DNA from: an uncultured delta proteobacterium
GTDB lineage: Bacteria; Myxococcota_A; UBA9160; SZUA-336
NCBI GenBank assembly: GCA_963704165.1
Contig: CAVPHD010000004.1
Span: 544,001 to 608,000 of the forward strand
DNA: 64,000 bases
Reading direction: 5' to 3'
Shown: positions 50,322 to 64,000 of the stretch, piece after piece
Layout of the letters: each line of letters starts with the position of its first letter
Position numbering within the stretch: the stretch's first letter is position 1
The notes under the pieces: generated by a model
Seen by the model: the letters and a program-made list of their open reading frames with translations, nothing else
The model's database searches: none
Told to the model about the DNA's origin: nothing
Position numbers and translations under genes: made by a program

Positions 50322-51236
50322 GTGTACACCCCGCGAGAGATCGCCGAATACGCCGCATTCCGAAGCGCCATGGCGGCGCTGCGCGCGCTTCCGCTTCCGC
50401 AGGCGCAGCGGATCGGCGCGGCCGCTGCGCGCCGAATCTTCGACTTCGGCGGCAAACGCGTCGGCTACGTGCTCGCGAATCTTCGAATTGCCTTTCCCGA
50501 GCTGCCGGAGGCCGAACGGCGCGCGATCGGACGCGAGAGCTACGTCCAGTTCGCCTGGACCGTGATCGACGTCGCGCGCAGTGCGCGCTGGGGACCGCAA
50601 GAGCTTCTCGCGCGCGTCGAGATCGAGGGTCAAGAGCACATCGACGCGGCCGTCGCGAAGGGACGGGGTGCAATCGGGCTCACGCTTCACCTCGGCAGCT
50701 TCGAAATGGTGATGCGGATCGTGCCGGCCATCGGGCTGCCGCTCACCGTGATCGGGCGGCCGCTCACGAATCGACTTCTGCGCCGCGACATGCACGCGCA
50801 GCGCACCAGCACCGGCGCCGAGCTCCTGCTCCACCGCAACGTCGCGCCGCAGATGCTGCGCGCGCTTCACAAGGGACGGTTCATCGCCGTGCTGAACGAC
50901 CAGTACAAGCCCCGATCGAAGGGGATCTTCGTGCCGTTCTTCGGTGTGCGAGCCTCGACCTCGCCCGGACCCGCGGTGATCGCGCTGCGCGCCGGCGCAC
51001 CGATCCTGCCGGCGGCATTCATCCGAATCGGACCCGACCGACACCGAATGGTGGTGCGACCGCCGCTCCCGATTCCGGATACCGGAGACCGGAAGAAGGA
51101 CGCGGAGCTGCTCACCGCGAGCGGGAACGCCGCCCTCGAGGCCTTCATTCGCCAGGTTCCCGAGCAGTGGATGTGGAGTCACCGGCGCTTTCGACACAGT
51201 CCCGACCTGCCGGATGATCCGTACGCGGGGCTCTAG
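50322..51236 (+). CDS. Lipid A late acyltransferase (LpxL/HtrB-like) family protein
   Basis: NLRIAFPE, HLGSFE, LNDQ, VPFFG, PEQWMWSHRRF. Confidence 0.9.
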   Translation: MYTPREIAEYAAFRSAMAALRALPLPQAQRIGAAAARRIFDFGGKRVGYVLANLRIAFPELPEAERRAIGRESYVQFAWTVIDVARSARWGPQELLARVEIEGQEHIDAAVAKGRGAIGLTLHLGSFEMVMRIVPAIGLPLTVIGRPLTNRLLRRDMHAQRTSTGAELLLHRNVAPQMLRALHKGRFIAVLNDQYKPRSKGIFVPFFGVRASTSPGPAVIALRAGAPILPAAFIRIGPDRHRMVVRPPLPIPDTGDRKKDAELLTASGNAALEAFIRQVPEQWMWSHRRFRHSPDLPDDPYAGL

Positions 51237-52435
51237 AGCCCCGTGACGTCGGTCCGCTACGATCCCCGCGTGACTCGCGGTCTTCGGTTCGCGCTTCTCG
51301 TGCTCGCGCTCGCCATTTCCCTGTCGGTTCGCGCGCGCGCCGCCGAGGCCCCCGTCGTGATCCTGCTCTCGTGGGACGGGATGCGGCACGACTACCCCGA
51401 CCGCACGAAGACGCTCGCGCTCGCGCGCATGCAGCGCGACGGTGTGCGCGCGGCGCGGCTGATCCCGGTGTTTCCGTCGAGCACGTTTCCCAACCACGTC
51501 TCGCTCGCGACCGGCACCTACGTCGATCGGCACGGGATCATCGGCAATCGGTTCACGGATCGTGCGGGCCGGAAGTTCGACTACAGCAACGATGCGAGCT
51601 GGATCGAGGCGGAGCCGCTCTGGATCGCGGCCGAGCGGCAGGGCGTGCGGGCGGCGACGTTCTTCTGGGTCGGATCCGAAACCGATTGGCGCGGTCGCTC
51701 CGCGACCTACCGGATGAAGCCGTTCACGAGCTCGATCGGCGAGGCCGCGAAGGTCGACCAGATTCTCGAGTGGCTGGACCTGCCGCCCGATCGACGCCCG
51801 GGACTGGTCATGTCGTGGTGGCACGGCTGCGACCACGTCGGGCACGAGATCGGGCCGAACAGCCCGGAGATCGCGAAGCAGCTCCTCGCCCAGGACGCGG
51901 AACTCGCGCGGCTCTTCGCCGGACTCGACGCGCGGCGGGCTTGGAGCCACACGACCGTGATCGTCGCGAGCGACCACGGAATGGGCGAGGTCGTGGAACG
52001 CATCGACGCGAGCACTGCGCTGCGCTCACGGGGTATTCGCGCGCGGCTCGAACCCAGCGGCGGCGAGGCGCAGGTGTATTTGGAGGATCCGGCGGAGCGC
52101 GAGGCGGCGCTCGCCGCGCTCGCGGACGTCGACGGACTTCGGGCCTACACGGAACAGAGTCTCCCGCCGTCGTACCGAAGTTTCTTCCCCGGCCGCAGCG
52201 GCGACCTCACGCTGGTGGCTTCGCCTCCGCGACTGCTCGCTCCACTGCGCGCGCTCGGCGGCGCGCACGGGTACGACCCGGAGATTCCCGAAATGGGAGC
52301 GGTCTTCTTCGCCCTCGGTCGCGGTGTGCCCGCGGGCGCGAGGCTCGGCGACGTGCGCGTGATCGACGTCGCGCCGACCGCCGCGGCGCTGCTCGGCATC
52401 GAGCCCCCGGCGAAGTCCGAGGGGCGCGCCCTGTT

Positions 52436-53626
<1,191 letters not shown>

Positions 53627-53822
53627 GGGCAGTCCTCCGGCAATGAGGGAAGCGGACGGGCGGGATCATACTAGACGGGCGGGCGGGACGCGAAACGGGA
53701 TCCCGGCCGTCCGATTCGAGCCCTCTCCTCTGTCGCTCGAGTCGGCTCAGTTCCGCTCACCTCGAAGGTCCCGGTCGGCGGATCTTGTATGCTGCACCGC
53801 CATCCGTGAAGGGGACCGAGAG

Positions 53823-55013
53823 ATGCCGCACGCAATGGGAGGCCGACGGCCGCTCGGGTTGGCGTACTGGCCGCTGCCCGAGGACGACCCGAAGGTCGCC
53901 ATTCGTCGCGAGGACGTGAGGATCGTCACTCCCGATGGAGCGCTCGTGCGCGGGGTTCTCTGGACGCCACCCGCGGGCCAGCCGTGGAAGACGGCGATCG
54001 TGCTCTCGCATCCGCGCGGAGACTTCTCGATCCACTACGCGTGTCCGCTGCTCGCGGCCGCGGGCTACGCCGTGCTCGGCTTCGCGACGCGCTACATCAA
54101 CAACGACATCGATTGCCTGCACGAGAGCTGTACGGTGGACGTCGAGGCGGCCGTCACCGAAATGCGTCGCCGTGGCGCAGAGGCCGTGGTGCTGCTCGGA
54201 AACAGCGGCGGCGGCTCGCTGATGGCGCTCTCGCACAAGGAGAAGGGCGTCGGTGACGGCTGGATCGCGATCGCCGCGCACCCGGGCGAGGGCGTGTTCA
54301 TGAATCAGGTGATCGACCCGTCGGTCGCCGACGAGAACGATCCCGAGTCCGTGATTCCCGAGCTCGACATGTACGACCCGGGGAATGGCTGGCGGCCGTG
54401 GCCCGAACCCTGTCGCTACGACCGGGCCTGGCTCGCGCGTTACCGCGCGGCGCAGGTCGCGCGCGTCGCGCGGATCGACGCGATCGCCAAGAGCTCGATC
54501 GCGAGCGCCGAGAGCGCCGCGCGAATCGGGAAGCCGATCGACCGGAAGTCGGATCCCGGGGCGTGGCGGTATTGGCGACAGCGCGCGGTGCACGCGAAGT
54601 ACATGGTCATCTACCGCACGCTCGCGGATCCGGCGTACCTCGATCTGACGATCGATCCCGACGACCGGCCGATGGGCTCGCTCTTCGCGTTCCCCGACCC
54701 ATTCGACGGAAACTACGGGCGCTTCGGCCTCGCGCGCGTGATGACGGCGCGCGGCTGGCTCTCGACCTGGTCGGGAATCTCGTCGCACGCGAAGCTCGAG
54801 GACACGATGCCGTTCGTGCGGGTGCCGGCGCTGATCCTCCATCCGACCGCCGACACGGAGATCCGCTTGTCGCAGGCTCGGGCGATCCGTGACGCCTGCG
54901 CGTCTCCCGACATCGAGTACCACGAGCTCGCGGGCGCTCCGCACTACCTGGAAGGGCGCCGCCCGGAGGCGATGGAGATCACGGCTTCCTGGCTGCGCGC
55001 GCGGTTTCCGTGA
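53823..55013 (+). CDS. Alpha/beta hydrolase family protein
   Basis: GNSGGG nucleophile elbow, TADTE, C-terminal His (GAPHY). Confidence 0.82.
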   Translation: MPHAMGGRRPLGLAYWPLPEDDPKVAIRREDVRIVTPDGALVRGVLWTPPAGQPWKTAIVLSHPRGDFSIHYACPLLAAAGYAVLGFATRYINNDIDCLHESCTVDVEAAVTEMRRRGAEAVVLLGNSGGGSLMALSHKEKGVGDGWIAIAAHPGEGVFMNQVIDPSVADENDPESVIPELDMYDPGNGWRPWPEPCRYDRAWLARYRAAQVARVARIDAIAKSSIASAESAARIGKPIDRKSDPGAWRYWRQRAVHAKYMVIYRTLADPAYLDLTIDPDDRPMGSLFAFPDPFDGNYGRFGLARVMTARGWLSTWSGISSHAKLEDTMPFVRVPALILHPTADTEIRLSQARAIRDACASPDIEYHELAGAPHYLEGRRPEAMEITASWLRARFP

Positions 55014-56809
55014 GCCAGTCCGGCTCGGAGAAACTCTCGCTGGCGGTGAAGCTCGTCTACGGAGCGCCGAGCTTCGCGGGCGCGGCGATGGCGATTCCCG
55101 TCGCCGTCCACATGCCGAAGTTCTACACCGACTCGGTGCTGGTGCCGCTGGGCTGGGTGGCACTCGCCATGGCGCTCGCGCGGGTGCTCGACGCGATCCT
55201 CGATCCCTTCGTCGGCTGGATGAGCGATCACACGCATTCGCGTTGGGGAAGGCGCCGTCCCTGGATCGCCGTCGCCGCGCCGCTCGCCGCGCTCGCCTTC
55301 ATCGCGCTCTTCACTCCCCCCGCCTCGCTCGACTCCACCGACGCCGCGATCTGGTTCGGCACCACGCTCATGCTCTTCTTCACCCTGCAGATGGTCTACG
55401 GCCTGCCGCACGGCGCGCTCGGGCCGGAGCTCACGCTCGACTATCACGAGCGTTCGACCCTGTTCTCCGTGCGCGAGGCGTTCGCGTTGGTCGGGACGAT
55501 CCTCGCCGCGATCGCGCCGTCGCTGCTGCACGAAGTCTTCGGCGATCCGCGCCGCGAGTTCACGATGATGGCGGTCGTCTACGCCGCGCTGATGATCGTT
55601 CTCTACTGGACGCTCGTCGGCGTCGTCCGGGAACGCCCGGACTTCGCGAAGCGGGAATCGAATCCGCTCGTGCCCGGTGTGCGGCGCGCGCTGCGCAATC
55701 GCCCCTTCTTCATCCTCTTCGCCTGCTACATCGTCGCGAGCATCCCCGGCGCGATTCCCGGTCTGCTCATGCCCTATTTCAACGAGTACGTGATCCAGCC
55801 CGAGCACCCCGAACGCTGGCTCGGTGTCTTCCTGCTGACGTACTTCGGCTCGGGTCTGCTCTGTCTGCCGCTCTGGCTCTTCGCCGCGCGGCGATTCGGC
55901 AAGCAGAACGCCTGGCTCGCGAGCTTCATCATGGGGATCACGGGCGGAACGGCGATGTTCTTCCTCGGGAAGGGCGACACGATCGGACTCCTGTTCCTGA
56001 TCGCGTGGTCGGGATCGTCGTTTGGCGCCGGGCTCTTCCTGCCGCCGGCGATCCAGGCCGACGTCACGGACTACGACGAGCTCCACACCGGAAAGCGTCG
56101 CGAGGCGCAGTATCTCGCGTTCTGGGGACTCGTTCCGAAGTTCATCGTGATTCCGAGCGCCTCGGTTCCGCTCTCCGTGCTCGCGTGGCTCGGCTACGCA
56201 CCGAACCAGCCGCAGACTCCGGAGGTGATCCTCGCGATCAAGGCGATCTTCGCGCTGACGCCGGCGGCCTTCTCGATCGTCGCGTTCTTCATCGCCTGGC
56301 GCTTTCCGATCACCGAGGCCATCCACCGCCAGATCCTGCTCGGGGTGGCGGCGCACAAGCGCGGCGAGTCCGCGATCGATCCGCTGACGGGTCAGGTGGT
56401 GATGCCGCCCGGGCACAAGGACGTCGACGAGAAGACGGGCTGGTTCCTCGACACGTTCTCGCGCGGCGAGCTGCTCCGCGTGCTGCGCCACGGCCCGCAG
56501 CGCGCGCTCGGCGACGTCGTGCGCGTCACGATCGCGTCGCTCGCGCTCTCGATCGGTGTCGCGGTCTGGGTGATCTACGACCTCGCGGCCACGGGCGGGA
56601 ATCCGGGACCATTCGCGGTTCTCGCCATCGTGACCGCCGGCTTCTCGTTCACGGCGTTCGCCTTTCACCTGCTTCGCGTCGGTCCGGCGTTGCGGCTGCG
56701 CAAGGCGGGAATCACGGTCGAGACGCTGCGTGCGCACCTCGATCACGCGAACGGGTCGGGTGTCGTCGCAGCGATGGCGGAAGGCGAGGGTGCCGAGCGG
56801 CCCGGCTGA
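55010..56809 (+). CDS. GPH/MelB-family MFS transporter with C-terminal extension
   Basis: [41 protein letters not shown]. Confidence 0.9.
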   Translation: MSQSGSEKLSLAVKLVYGAPSFAGAAMAIPVAVHMPKFYTDSVLVPLGWVALAMALARVLDAILDPFVGWMSDHTHSRWGRRRPWIAVAAPLAALAFIALFTPPASLDSTDAAIWFGTTLMLFFTLQMVYGLPHGALGPELTLDYHERSTLFSVREAFALVGTILAAIAPSLLHEVFGDPRREFTMMAVVYAALMIVLYWTLVGVVRERPDFAKRESNPLVPGVRRALRNRPFFILFACYIVASIPGAIPGLLMPYFNEYVIQPEHPERWLGVFLLTYFGSGLLCLPLWLFAARRFGKQNAWLASFIMGITGGTAMFFLGKGDTIGLLFLIAWSGSSFGAGLFLPPAIQADVTDYDELHTGKRREAQYLAFWGLVPKFIVIPSASVPLSVLAWLGYAPNQPQTPEVILAIKAIFALTPAAFSIVAFFIAWRFPITEAIHRQILLGVAAHKRGESAIDPLTGQVVMPPGHKDVDEKTGWFLDTFSRGELLRVLRHGPQRALGDVVRVTIASLALSIGVAVWVIYDLAATGGNPGPFAVLAIVTAGFSFTAFAFHLLRVGPALRLRKAGITVETLRAHLDHANGSGVVAAMAEGEGAERPG

Positions 56810-57996
56810 ACGGTCGATGAACGGACGGATCGTCGCGGCCCGCGGCCTGCGCGGGTTCGCCGACGGGGTCGTCAGCGTCGTCTTGCCCGGCTATCTGACG
56901 CTCGTCGGGTTCTCGTCGGGCGAGATCGGCGCGCTCGCGACGTCGGCGCTGCTCGGCAGCGCGTTGCTCACGCTCGGCGTCGGGCTCGCGGGCGATCGCG
57001 CCCCGCCGCGAAGCGTGCTGCTCGGAGCCTGCGCGCTGATGATCGCGACCGGGCTCGGCTTCGCGAGCGTCGAGTCGTTCGCGTTCCTGCTCGCGATCGC
57101 ATTCGTCGGGACGTTGAATCCGACCGCCGGCGACGTGTCGGTCTTCCTGCCCGACCGAAGTGGCGTTGCTCGGCCGCGAGAGCGACACACGCGCGCGTAC
57201 CGCCCTGTTCGCGCGCTACAACCTCGCGGGTGCGCTGCTCGGCGCCCTCGGCGCGCTCGCGACGGGCTTGCCCGAGCTCGCCGTCTCGATGCTCGACGTC
57301 GAGCTCCCGACCGCGCTGCGTTCGGTCTTCGCGCTCTACGCGGGGTTCGGCGTGGTGCTCGTCGTGCTCTATGCGCGGCTCGGGCGCGAGACCGGCGCGC
57401 CGCCGCGCGCGAGCTTCGCGCGGGCCGCTCACGCGCTCGCGGAGCATCGTGCTCCGGCTGACGACTCTGTTTGCGCTCGACTCGTTCGGCGGCGGCTTCG
57501 CGGTGCAGACGATCATGGCGCTCTGGCTCTTCCAGCGCTTCGGGCTCTCGCTCGCGGAAGCGGGCGCGTTCTTCTCGGCGGCCGGCGTGCTCGGCGCGTT
57601 CTCGCAGCTCGCGTCGGCGCGCCTCGCCGCGCGCTTCGGCCTGATCGAGACGATGGTCTACACCCACATTCCCGCGAACCTGTTCCTGATCGCCGCCGCG
57701 TTCATGCCCAACGCGGAGCTCGCGCTCGACGTTCCTGCTCCTGCGTTCATCGCTCTCGCAGATGGACGTCGCCGCGCGCCAATCCTACGTGATGGCGGTC
57801 GTGCCCCCCGAGGAGCGCGCCGCGGCGGCGAGCGTCACGAACGTGCCGCGAAGTCTCGCCTCCGCTCTCTCGCCGATGATCGCGGGTGCGTTGCTCGAGC
57901 GGTCGTCGTTCGGTTGGCCGCTCGTCGTCGCGGGCTCCGTCAAGATCGTCTACGACCTGCTCCTGCTCTGGCAGTTTCGCTCGGTGCCGCCGCGGT

Positions 57997-59565
<1,569 letters not shown>

Positions 59566-59597
59566 GCGGCGTCTTTCTAACGGAAACGCCCGAATCA

Positions 59598-59625
59598 TCA
59601 AGCTCTTTCGGGCGGACACCGATGG
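59598..59625 (+). promoter_or_regulatory. Possible sigma28 promoter
   Basis: TCAA(G)-N16-ACCGATGG upstream of the hybrid kinase. Confidence 0.4.
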
Positions 59626-59661
59626 AATCGATCGCGGCATTCGTGTCGCAAAGGACGGCCG

Positions 59662-61494
59662 ATGTCGGGTGCATCGCGACGAATGCGCAATTGGCTCGCG
59701 CTGATCGATCGCGTCGTGCCGACCGCGATTCACCACGCCGATCCGATCGAGCGGCAGCGGGCCCGTCTGGTCGTCTTCAATACCTCCGTGTTCCTCGCCT
59801 ACGGGGTCTTCCAGGGCGCGATGGAGATCGCGGTCGAGACCCGCGAGCGTGCGCAGCTCGCGATCGGAATCCTGGTTCTGGGAGTCGGCGCCGGGCTCGC
59901 CGCGCTCGCCTGGCTGCGCCGACGCGCCGACAGCGCCGCTGCCGCCTGGACCACGGTGATCACGCTCTTCACCGTGATCACGGTGATCACGTACACCAAG
60001 GGCGGAATGGACGCGCCGGGACTCTCCTGGTTCGTGGTCCTGCCGGTCGTCGCGCGCGCCCTGTGCGGTAGCCGAAGCGCGTTGGTCTTCGCGGCTGCGT
60101 CGCTGGTCGTGGTGCTCACCTTCGCGCTCTTCGAGACCTACGGCGTGCCGGTCCCCCCGGCTCCGACGGGCGCGGCGCTCGGGGTCAAGCGCGTGGTCGC
60201 GATCTGCGCCGGAGCGATCCTCTGCGCGGGGCTCGTGTACATGAACGGAGTGGTCGAACAGGAGGCGCAGGCGGCGCTCGTGGCCATGCGCGACTCGGCG
60301 ACACAGGCGAACCGCGCGAAGAGCTTGTTCGTGGCGAACGTGTCGCACGAGATCCGCACGCCGATGACCGCGATCCTCGGCTATACCGACGTTCTCGCCG
60401 AGCCGGGTCTCGACGAGGGCGAGCGGAACGAGGCGATCGAGACGCTGCGCCGGAACGGCCGGATCCTGCTCGCGCTGATCAACGACATGCTCGACCTGTC
60501 GAAGATCGAAGCCGGTGGCCTCGAAATCCGCAAGCGCGAGATCTCGCCGATCTCGGCCGTGCAGCAGGTCGTCGCGCTGCTGCGCGACCGCGCACGCGTG
60601 AAGGGCATGGCGATCGAGGCCGAGTTCACGTCCGATCTGCCGCCGGCGTTGTGGACCGATCCGGTCCGGCTGCAGCAGATCCTCGTGAACCTGATCGGCA
60701 ACGCGATCAAGTTCACGGAGCAGGGCGGCATACGCGTGTCGGTGTCACTCGAATCGGATGCCCCGATCCAGCGCGTCCGCTTCGATGTGATCGATTCCGG
60801 GATCGGAATCGCCGACGCCGACCGCGGGCGCATCTTCGAGCCGTTCTCCCAGGCGGATGCGACGGAGTCCAGACGCTACGGCGGGACGGGGCTCGGCCTC
60901 GCGATCTCGCTCCGGCTCGCGGAGGGACTCGGTGGCGAGCTCACCCTGGCGAGCGCGCCCGGCGCCGGTTCCACCTTCAGCCTGTGCCTGCCCGTGATCG
61001 AGCCGAGCGTGGACGAGCGGGACGCCCGGCATCGACCATGGCCGCGGAGCGAGCCGGTCGAGCCCGAGACGTCGTGGGCGGGTCCGCTGCCGACGCTTGG
61101 CGGCCGGGTGCTGGTGGCGGAGGACGGCCCGGACAACCAGCGGCTGATCGTCCGACTGCTCGAACGCGCGGGGCTCGAGGTCGAGGTCGCCGCCAACGGC
61201 CGCCTCGCGGTGGATCGGGCGCTCGAAGCGGAGCCGTCGGGTTCACCCTTCGACGCGGTGCTGATGGACATGCAGATGCCCGAGCTCGACGGCTACGCGG
61301 CGACGCGTGCGCTTCGCGAAGGTGGTTACGCGCGACCGATCATCGCGCTCTCCGCGCACGCGATGCGAGAGGACCGTGACCGGTGTCTCTCCGTCGGCTG
61401 CGACGCCTTCGCATCCAAGCCGATCGACCGGCGCGCGCTGCTGACGCTGCTCGCGGAACACCTGTCGAAAGCTCTACCCTCGCCCCCGGCATAG
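59662..61494 (+). CDS. Membrane hybrid sensor histidine kinase/response regulator
   Basis: Multi-TM N-terminus; SHEIRTPM, NAIKFT, DSGIG, GGTGLGL; receiver AED..MDMQMP..KP. Confidence 0.95.
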   Translation: MSGASRRMRNWLALIDRVVPTAIHHADPIERQRARLVVFNTSVFLAYGVFQGAMEIAVETRERAQLAIGILVLGVGAGLAALAWLRRRADSAAAAWTTVITLFTVITVITYTKGGMDAPGLSWFVVLPVVARALCGSRSALVFAAASLVVVLTFALFETYGVPVPPAPTGAALGVKRVVAICAGAILCAGLVYMNGVVEQEAQAALVAMRDSATQANRAKSLFVANVSHEIRTPMTAILGYTDVLAEPGLDEGERNEAIETLRRNGRILLALINDMLDLSKIEAGGLEIRKREISPISAVQQVVALLRDRARVKGMAIEAEFTSDLPPALWTDPVRLQQILVNLIGNAIKFTEQGGIRVSVSLESDAPIQRVRFDVIDSGIGIADADRGRIFEPFSQADATESRRYGGTGLGLAISLRLAEGLGGELTLASAPGAGSTFSLCLPVIEPSVDERDARHRPWPRSEPVEPETSWAGPLPTLGGRVLVAEDGPDNQRLIVRLLERAGLEVEVAANGRLAVDRALEAEPSGSPFDAVLMDMQMPELDGYAATRALREGGYARPIIALSAHAMREDRDRCLSVGCDAFASKPIDRRALLTLLAEHLSKALPSPPA

Positions 61495-61511
61495 AGTCGA
61501 GGAGGTCGGGG

Positions 61512-62285
61512 ATGCGTCTTTCGGGGAAGGTCGCGCTGATCACGGGCGCGGGAAGCGGCATCGGCCGCGAGACCGCGCTGCTCTTCGCGCGCGAGGGTGC
61601 GCAGGTCGTCATCGCAGACCTCGACGAGGTCGCGGGCGAGCGCACGTCGCGCGAGGTGAAGCAGGCCGGGGGCCGCTGCATCTCGGTGCGCGCCGACGTC
61701 TCGAAGGTCGAGGACGCGCGTGCGATGGTCGAAGTGGCCGAGCGCGAGTTCGGCGCGTTGCACGTGCTGATGAACAACGCCGGTATCTCACACATCGACG
61801 ACAACGGCGCGGTGGACACCGAGGAATCGGTCTGGGACCTGACGATGCGCGTCAACCTGAAGGGCCCGTTCCTCGGCTGCAAGTTCGGCATTCCCGCACT
61901 CCAGAGGGCCGGGGGCGGATCGATCATCAACGTCGCGTCGTTCGTCGCCGTGCTCGGCGCGGCCACGCCGCAGCTCGCCTACACGTCCAGCAAAGGGGGC
62001 GTGCTCGCGATGTCGCGCGAGCTCGCCGTGATTCACGCGCGACAGAAGATCCGGGTGAACGCGCTCTGTCCGGGACCGCTTCGAACCGAGCTTCTGATGA
62101 AGTACCTCGATACGGAAGAGAAGCGCCAGCGCCGGCTCGTGCACGTGCCGATGGGACGCTTCGGCGAGGCCGAGGAGATCGCGCGCGCCGCGCTCTGGCT
62201 CGCGTCGGACGAGTCGTCGTTCACGACCGGCGCGACGTTCCTCGTCGACGGTGGAATCACCGCCGCGTACGTGACCCCGACGTAG
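61512..62285 (+). CDS. SDR family oxidoreductase
   Basis: TGAGSGIG, NNAG, YTSSK, VNALCPG. Confidence 0.93.
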   Translation: MRLSGKVALITGAGSGIGRETALLFAREGAQVVIADLDEVAGERTSREVKQAGGRCISVRADVSKVEDARAMVEVAEREFGALHVLMNNAGISHIDDNGAVDTEESVWDLTMRVNLKGPFLGCKFGIPALQRAGGGSIINVASFVAVLGAATPQLAYTSSKGGVLAMSRELAVIHARQKIRVNALCPGPLRTELLMKYLDTEEKRQRRLVHVPMGRFGEAEEIARAALWLASDESSFTTGATFLVDGGITAAYVTPT

Positions 62286-62291
62286 CGCGAG

Positions 62292-63149
62292 TCAGTACCG
62301 AGTGATGCCGGGCCGATTCGCGTAGCCGAGGTACGCGATCCTGCGGAAGCCGATGTCCATGTCGTCGGCGACGGTTCGCAAAGTCCGCTCGTCGGCGATC
62401 TCGAACTCGGGGAGCCTCGCGAGGTTCTCGCGCAACGCGTCCTCGATCGGGGCGCGGAGCTCGACCTCGATCTCGTGGGGCCCGGGCTGATCGAGGTAGG
62501 CGGGCAGCTCGCCGGCGAGTGCGCGTTCGACCGCGCGCTTCGCACCGGACCGGATCGCCTCGCGCGCACGCGCGGGTGGAATCACGTCGCCCGAGACGTT
62601 CGAGAGCGCGCGCTTCACCTCGACGCGCTCGATCCAGGGCGCGCGCTTGGCGAGCTCGGCGATCAACACCTGATCGCCGCTGACCAGGCCGACCGGCACG
62701 CGGAGCTCTCCGGCGCGGATCGTCATGATCTCCGACTCCCCGACGGGAACTCCGCCGATGCGCACGCTCTTGAAGCGCTCGTACGAGACGGTGTGCGCCA
62801 TGATTCCCGGGAACGACCCCGCGCGCGCGTGGTGGCCGACGAAGAACACCACGCCGACCGTCGCGTCGAGGCCCGACATGGTGCTCGCCGCGGGCCGACC
62901 GGCGCCGCGGATCACGCGGCAGCGCGGATCGATCTCGTCGATCACCAGATCGCAGAGCTCCTCGACGCCGTGGTTCTCTTCGACCACGACCTCGGTCGCG
63001 CCGCCCTCGAACGCGCCCTCGATCGCCGCGTTCGCGTCCGCGGTCATCAGCCGGCGGTTGCGCTGGAAATCCATTCCGGACGAGATCACGTCGGCCCAAC
63101 GCACCAGACCCGAGATGCCCTCCATGTCGACGGAGAGCCAGACCTTCAC
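62292..63149 (-). CDS. M55 family D-aminopeptidase (DppA-like)
   Basis: SVDMEGISG, NAAIEGA, VGHHARAG..MAHT, GE, VSGD. Confidence 0.9.
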   Translation of the reverse strand: MKVWLSVDMEGISGLVRWADVISSGMDFQRNRRLMTADANAAIEGAFEGGATEVVVEENHGVEELCDLVIDEIDPRCRVIRGAGRPAASTMSGLDATVGVVFFVGHHARAGSFPGIMAHTVSYERFKSVRIGGVPVGESEIMTIRAGELRVPVGLVSGDQVLIAELAKRAPWIERVEVKRALSNVSGDVIPPARAREAIRSGAKRAVERALAGELPAYLDQPGPHEIEVELRAPIEDALRENLARLPEFEIADERTLRTVADDMDIGFRRIAYLGYANRPGITRY

Positions 63150-63529
63150 GGCTTGTAGGCCACGCAATCGATCTCGACGAACGCGCCGAGCGCGAGCGCC
63201 GAGCAGCCGACGGTGATGCGCGCCGGCGGGTCGCTCGGAAAGAACTCGAGGTAGGCCTCGTTCATCTCGCCGAACTTCGCCATGTCGGTGACGAAGACGT
63301 TCACCTTCACGACGTCCGAAAGCTCCGCGCCCGCGCCGCGCAGGATCGACTGGATGTTCAGGATCGTCTGGCGCGTCTCGGCCTTGGCGCCGCCCGGGAC
63401 GAGCTCGAACGAGCCGGTCTTCGTGCCGAGCGTGCCCGACACGAAGATGAAGCCACCGGCGCGCGTGGCGTGAGAGAAGGCCTTCAACTTGCCGAGCTCG
63501 GGAACGTTGATCTTGCGGATGTCGGTCAT
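63146..63529 (-). CDS. RidA/YjgF family enamine/imine deaminase
   Basis: FSHA..GFIFVSG, VKVNVF, MNEAY, PPAR, VEIDC. Confidence 0.92.
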   Translation of the reverse strand: MTDIRKINVPELGKLKAFSHATRAGGFIFVSGTLGTKTGSFELVPGGAKAETRQTILNIQSILRGAGAELSDVVKVNVFVTDMAKFGEMNEAYLEFFPSDPPARITVGCSALALGAFVEIDCVAYKP

Positions 63530-63536
63530 GGGAGCG

Positions 63537-63550
63537 CGATGGTACCATCG
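63537..63550. promoter_or_regulatory. 14-bp palindrome carrying back-to-back -10 hexamers (bidirectional promoter)
   Basis: CGATGGTACCATCG gives TACCAT on both strands, 7 and 9 nt before the two divergent ATGs. Confidence 0.65.
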
Positions 63551-63555
63551 AACGC

Positions 63556-63954
63556 ATGAAGCTTGGCGGTGTTCACCACGTGTCGATCAACGTCCACGAC
63601 GTCGAGCTCACCGGCCGCTTCTACACGGACGTGCTCGGGCTCGAGGTGCTCCCCCGGCCCGACTTCCCGTTCAAGGGCCTGTGGCTGCGCGCGGGCGGCC
63701 AGCAGATCCACCTGATCGAAGTCGCGGATCACCATGCGCCCGAAGGCCAGCACTTCGCGTTCGGCGTCGACGACATCGACTCGGTCTGCGCCGCGCTCGA
63801 GGCGCGCGGCGTGAAGGTGAGCGCGCCGATGATCGTGCCGGGTGCGGGACGTCAGGCGTTCTTCCGCGACCCGTCGGGGAATCTCGTCGAGCTGAACCAA
63901 CCGCGAGGGGTGGATCCGGTCGGCGCGCGCGAAGAGCGGCGCCCGGGCACTTGA
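63556..63954 (+). CDS. VOC/glyoxalase family protein
   Basis: VHHVSINV, FYTDVLGL, QIHL, HFAF, FRDPSGNLVEL. Confidence 0.92.
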   Translation: MKLGGVHHVSINVHDVELTGRFYTDVLGLEVLPRPDFPFKGLWLRAGGQQIHLIEVADHHAPEGQHFAFGVDDIDSVCAALEARGVKVSAPMIVPGAGRQAFFRDPSGNLVELNQPRGVDPVGAREERRPGT

Positions 63955-64000
63955 GCGCGGACGGCGACATCGCGTCGAACGCGGCGGAGAAGCTGCGAGC
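63951..64000 (+). CDS. Possible start of the next CDS, truncated by the window edge
   Basis: TTG overlapping the upstream TGA; open frame LSADGDIASNAAEKLR. Confidence 0.3.
   Translation, partial: MSADGDIASNAAEKLR

Overview
A gene-dense, very GC-rich bacterial chromosomal segment with about 65 CDS. I see no rRNA, tRNA, CRISPR array, transposase, integrase or prophage genes. Gene content points to a diderm organism, most plausibly Myxococcota/deltaproteobacteria-like (inference): an LpxL-type acyltransferase, sigma54-type and sigma28-type promoters, Cys-rich myxobacterial-style repeats, and many lipid-catabolic and F420-type enzymes. Most genes are housekeeping or catabolic: ettA, arfB, prfC, tesB, apaG, acyl-CoA dehydrogenases, thiolase, SDRs and MFS transporters. 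Genes at about 2-11.7 kb and 56.8-58 kb are broken by clustered small indels, most likely assembly errors. Main observations: (1) a hidden stand-alone GrdB/PrdB-like selenoprotein with in-frame TGA in a U-x-x-C motif and a SECIS-like hairpin 11 nt downstream, coupled to a GST-like gene. (2) A coupled operon of a DUF455 diiron protein, an ATP-grasp protein and an ABA4-like membrane protein. (3) An orphan FliA/WhiG sigma factor with a sigma54-type promoter, and sigma28-type promoters ahead of four non-flagellar genes. (4) A divergent pair of secreted fibre-like/Cys-repeat proteins. (5) A rhomboid apparently lacking its catalytic His. (6) A diadenylate cyclase with a CdaR-like membrane tail. (7) Widespread leaderless-type starts and bidirectional -10 elements. 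All family calls come from motif recognition by eye, not database searches.
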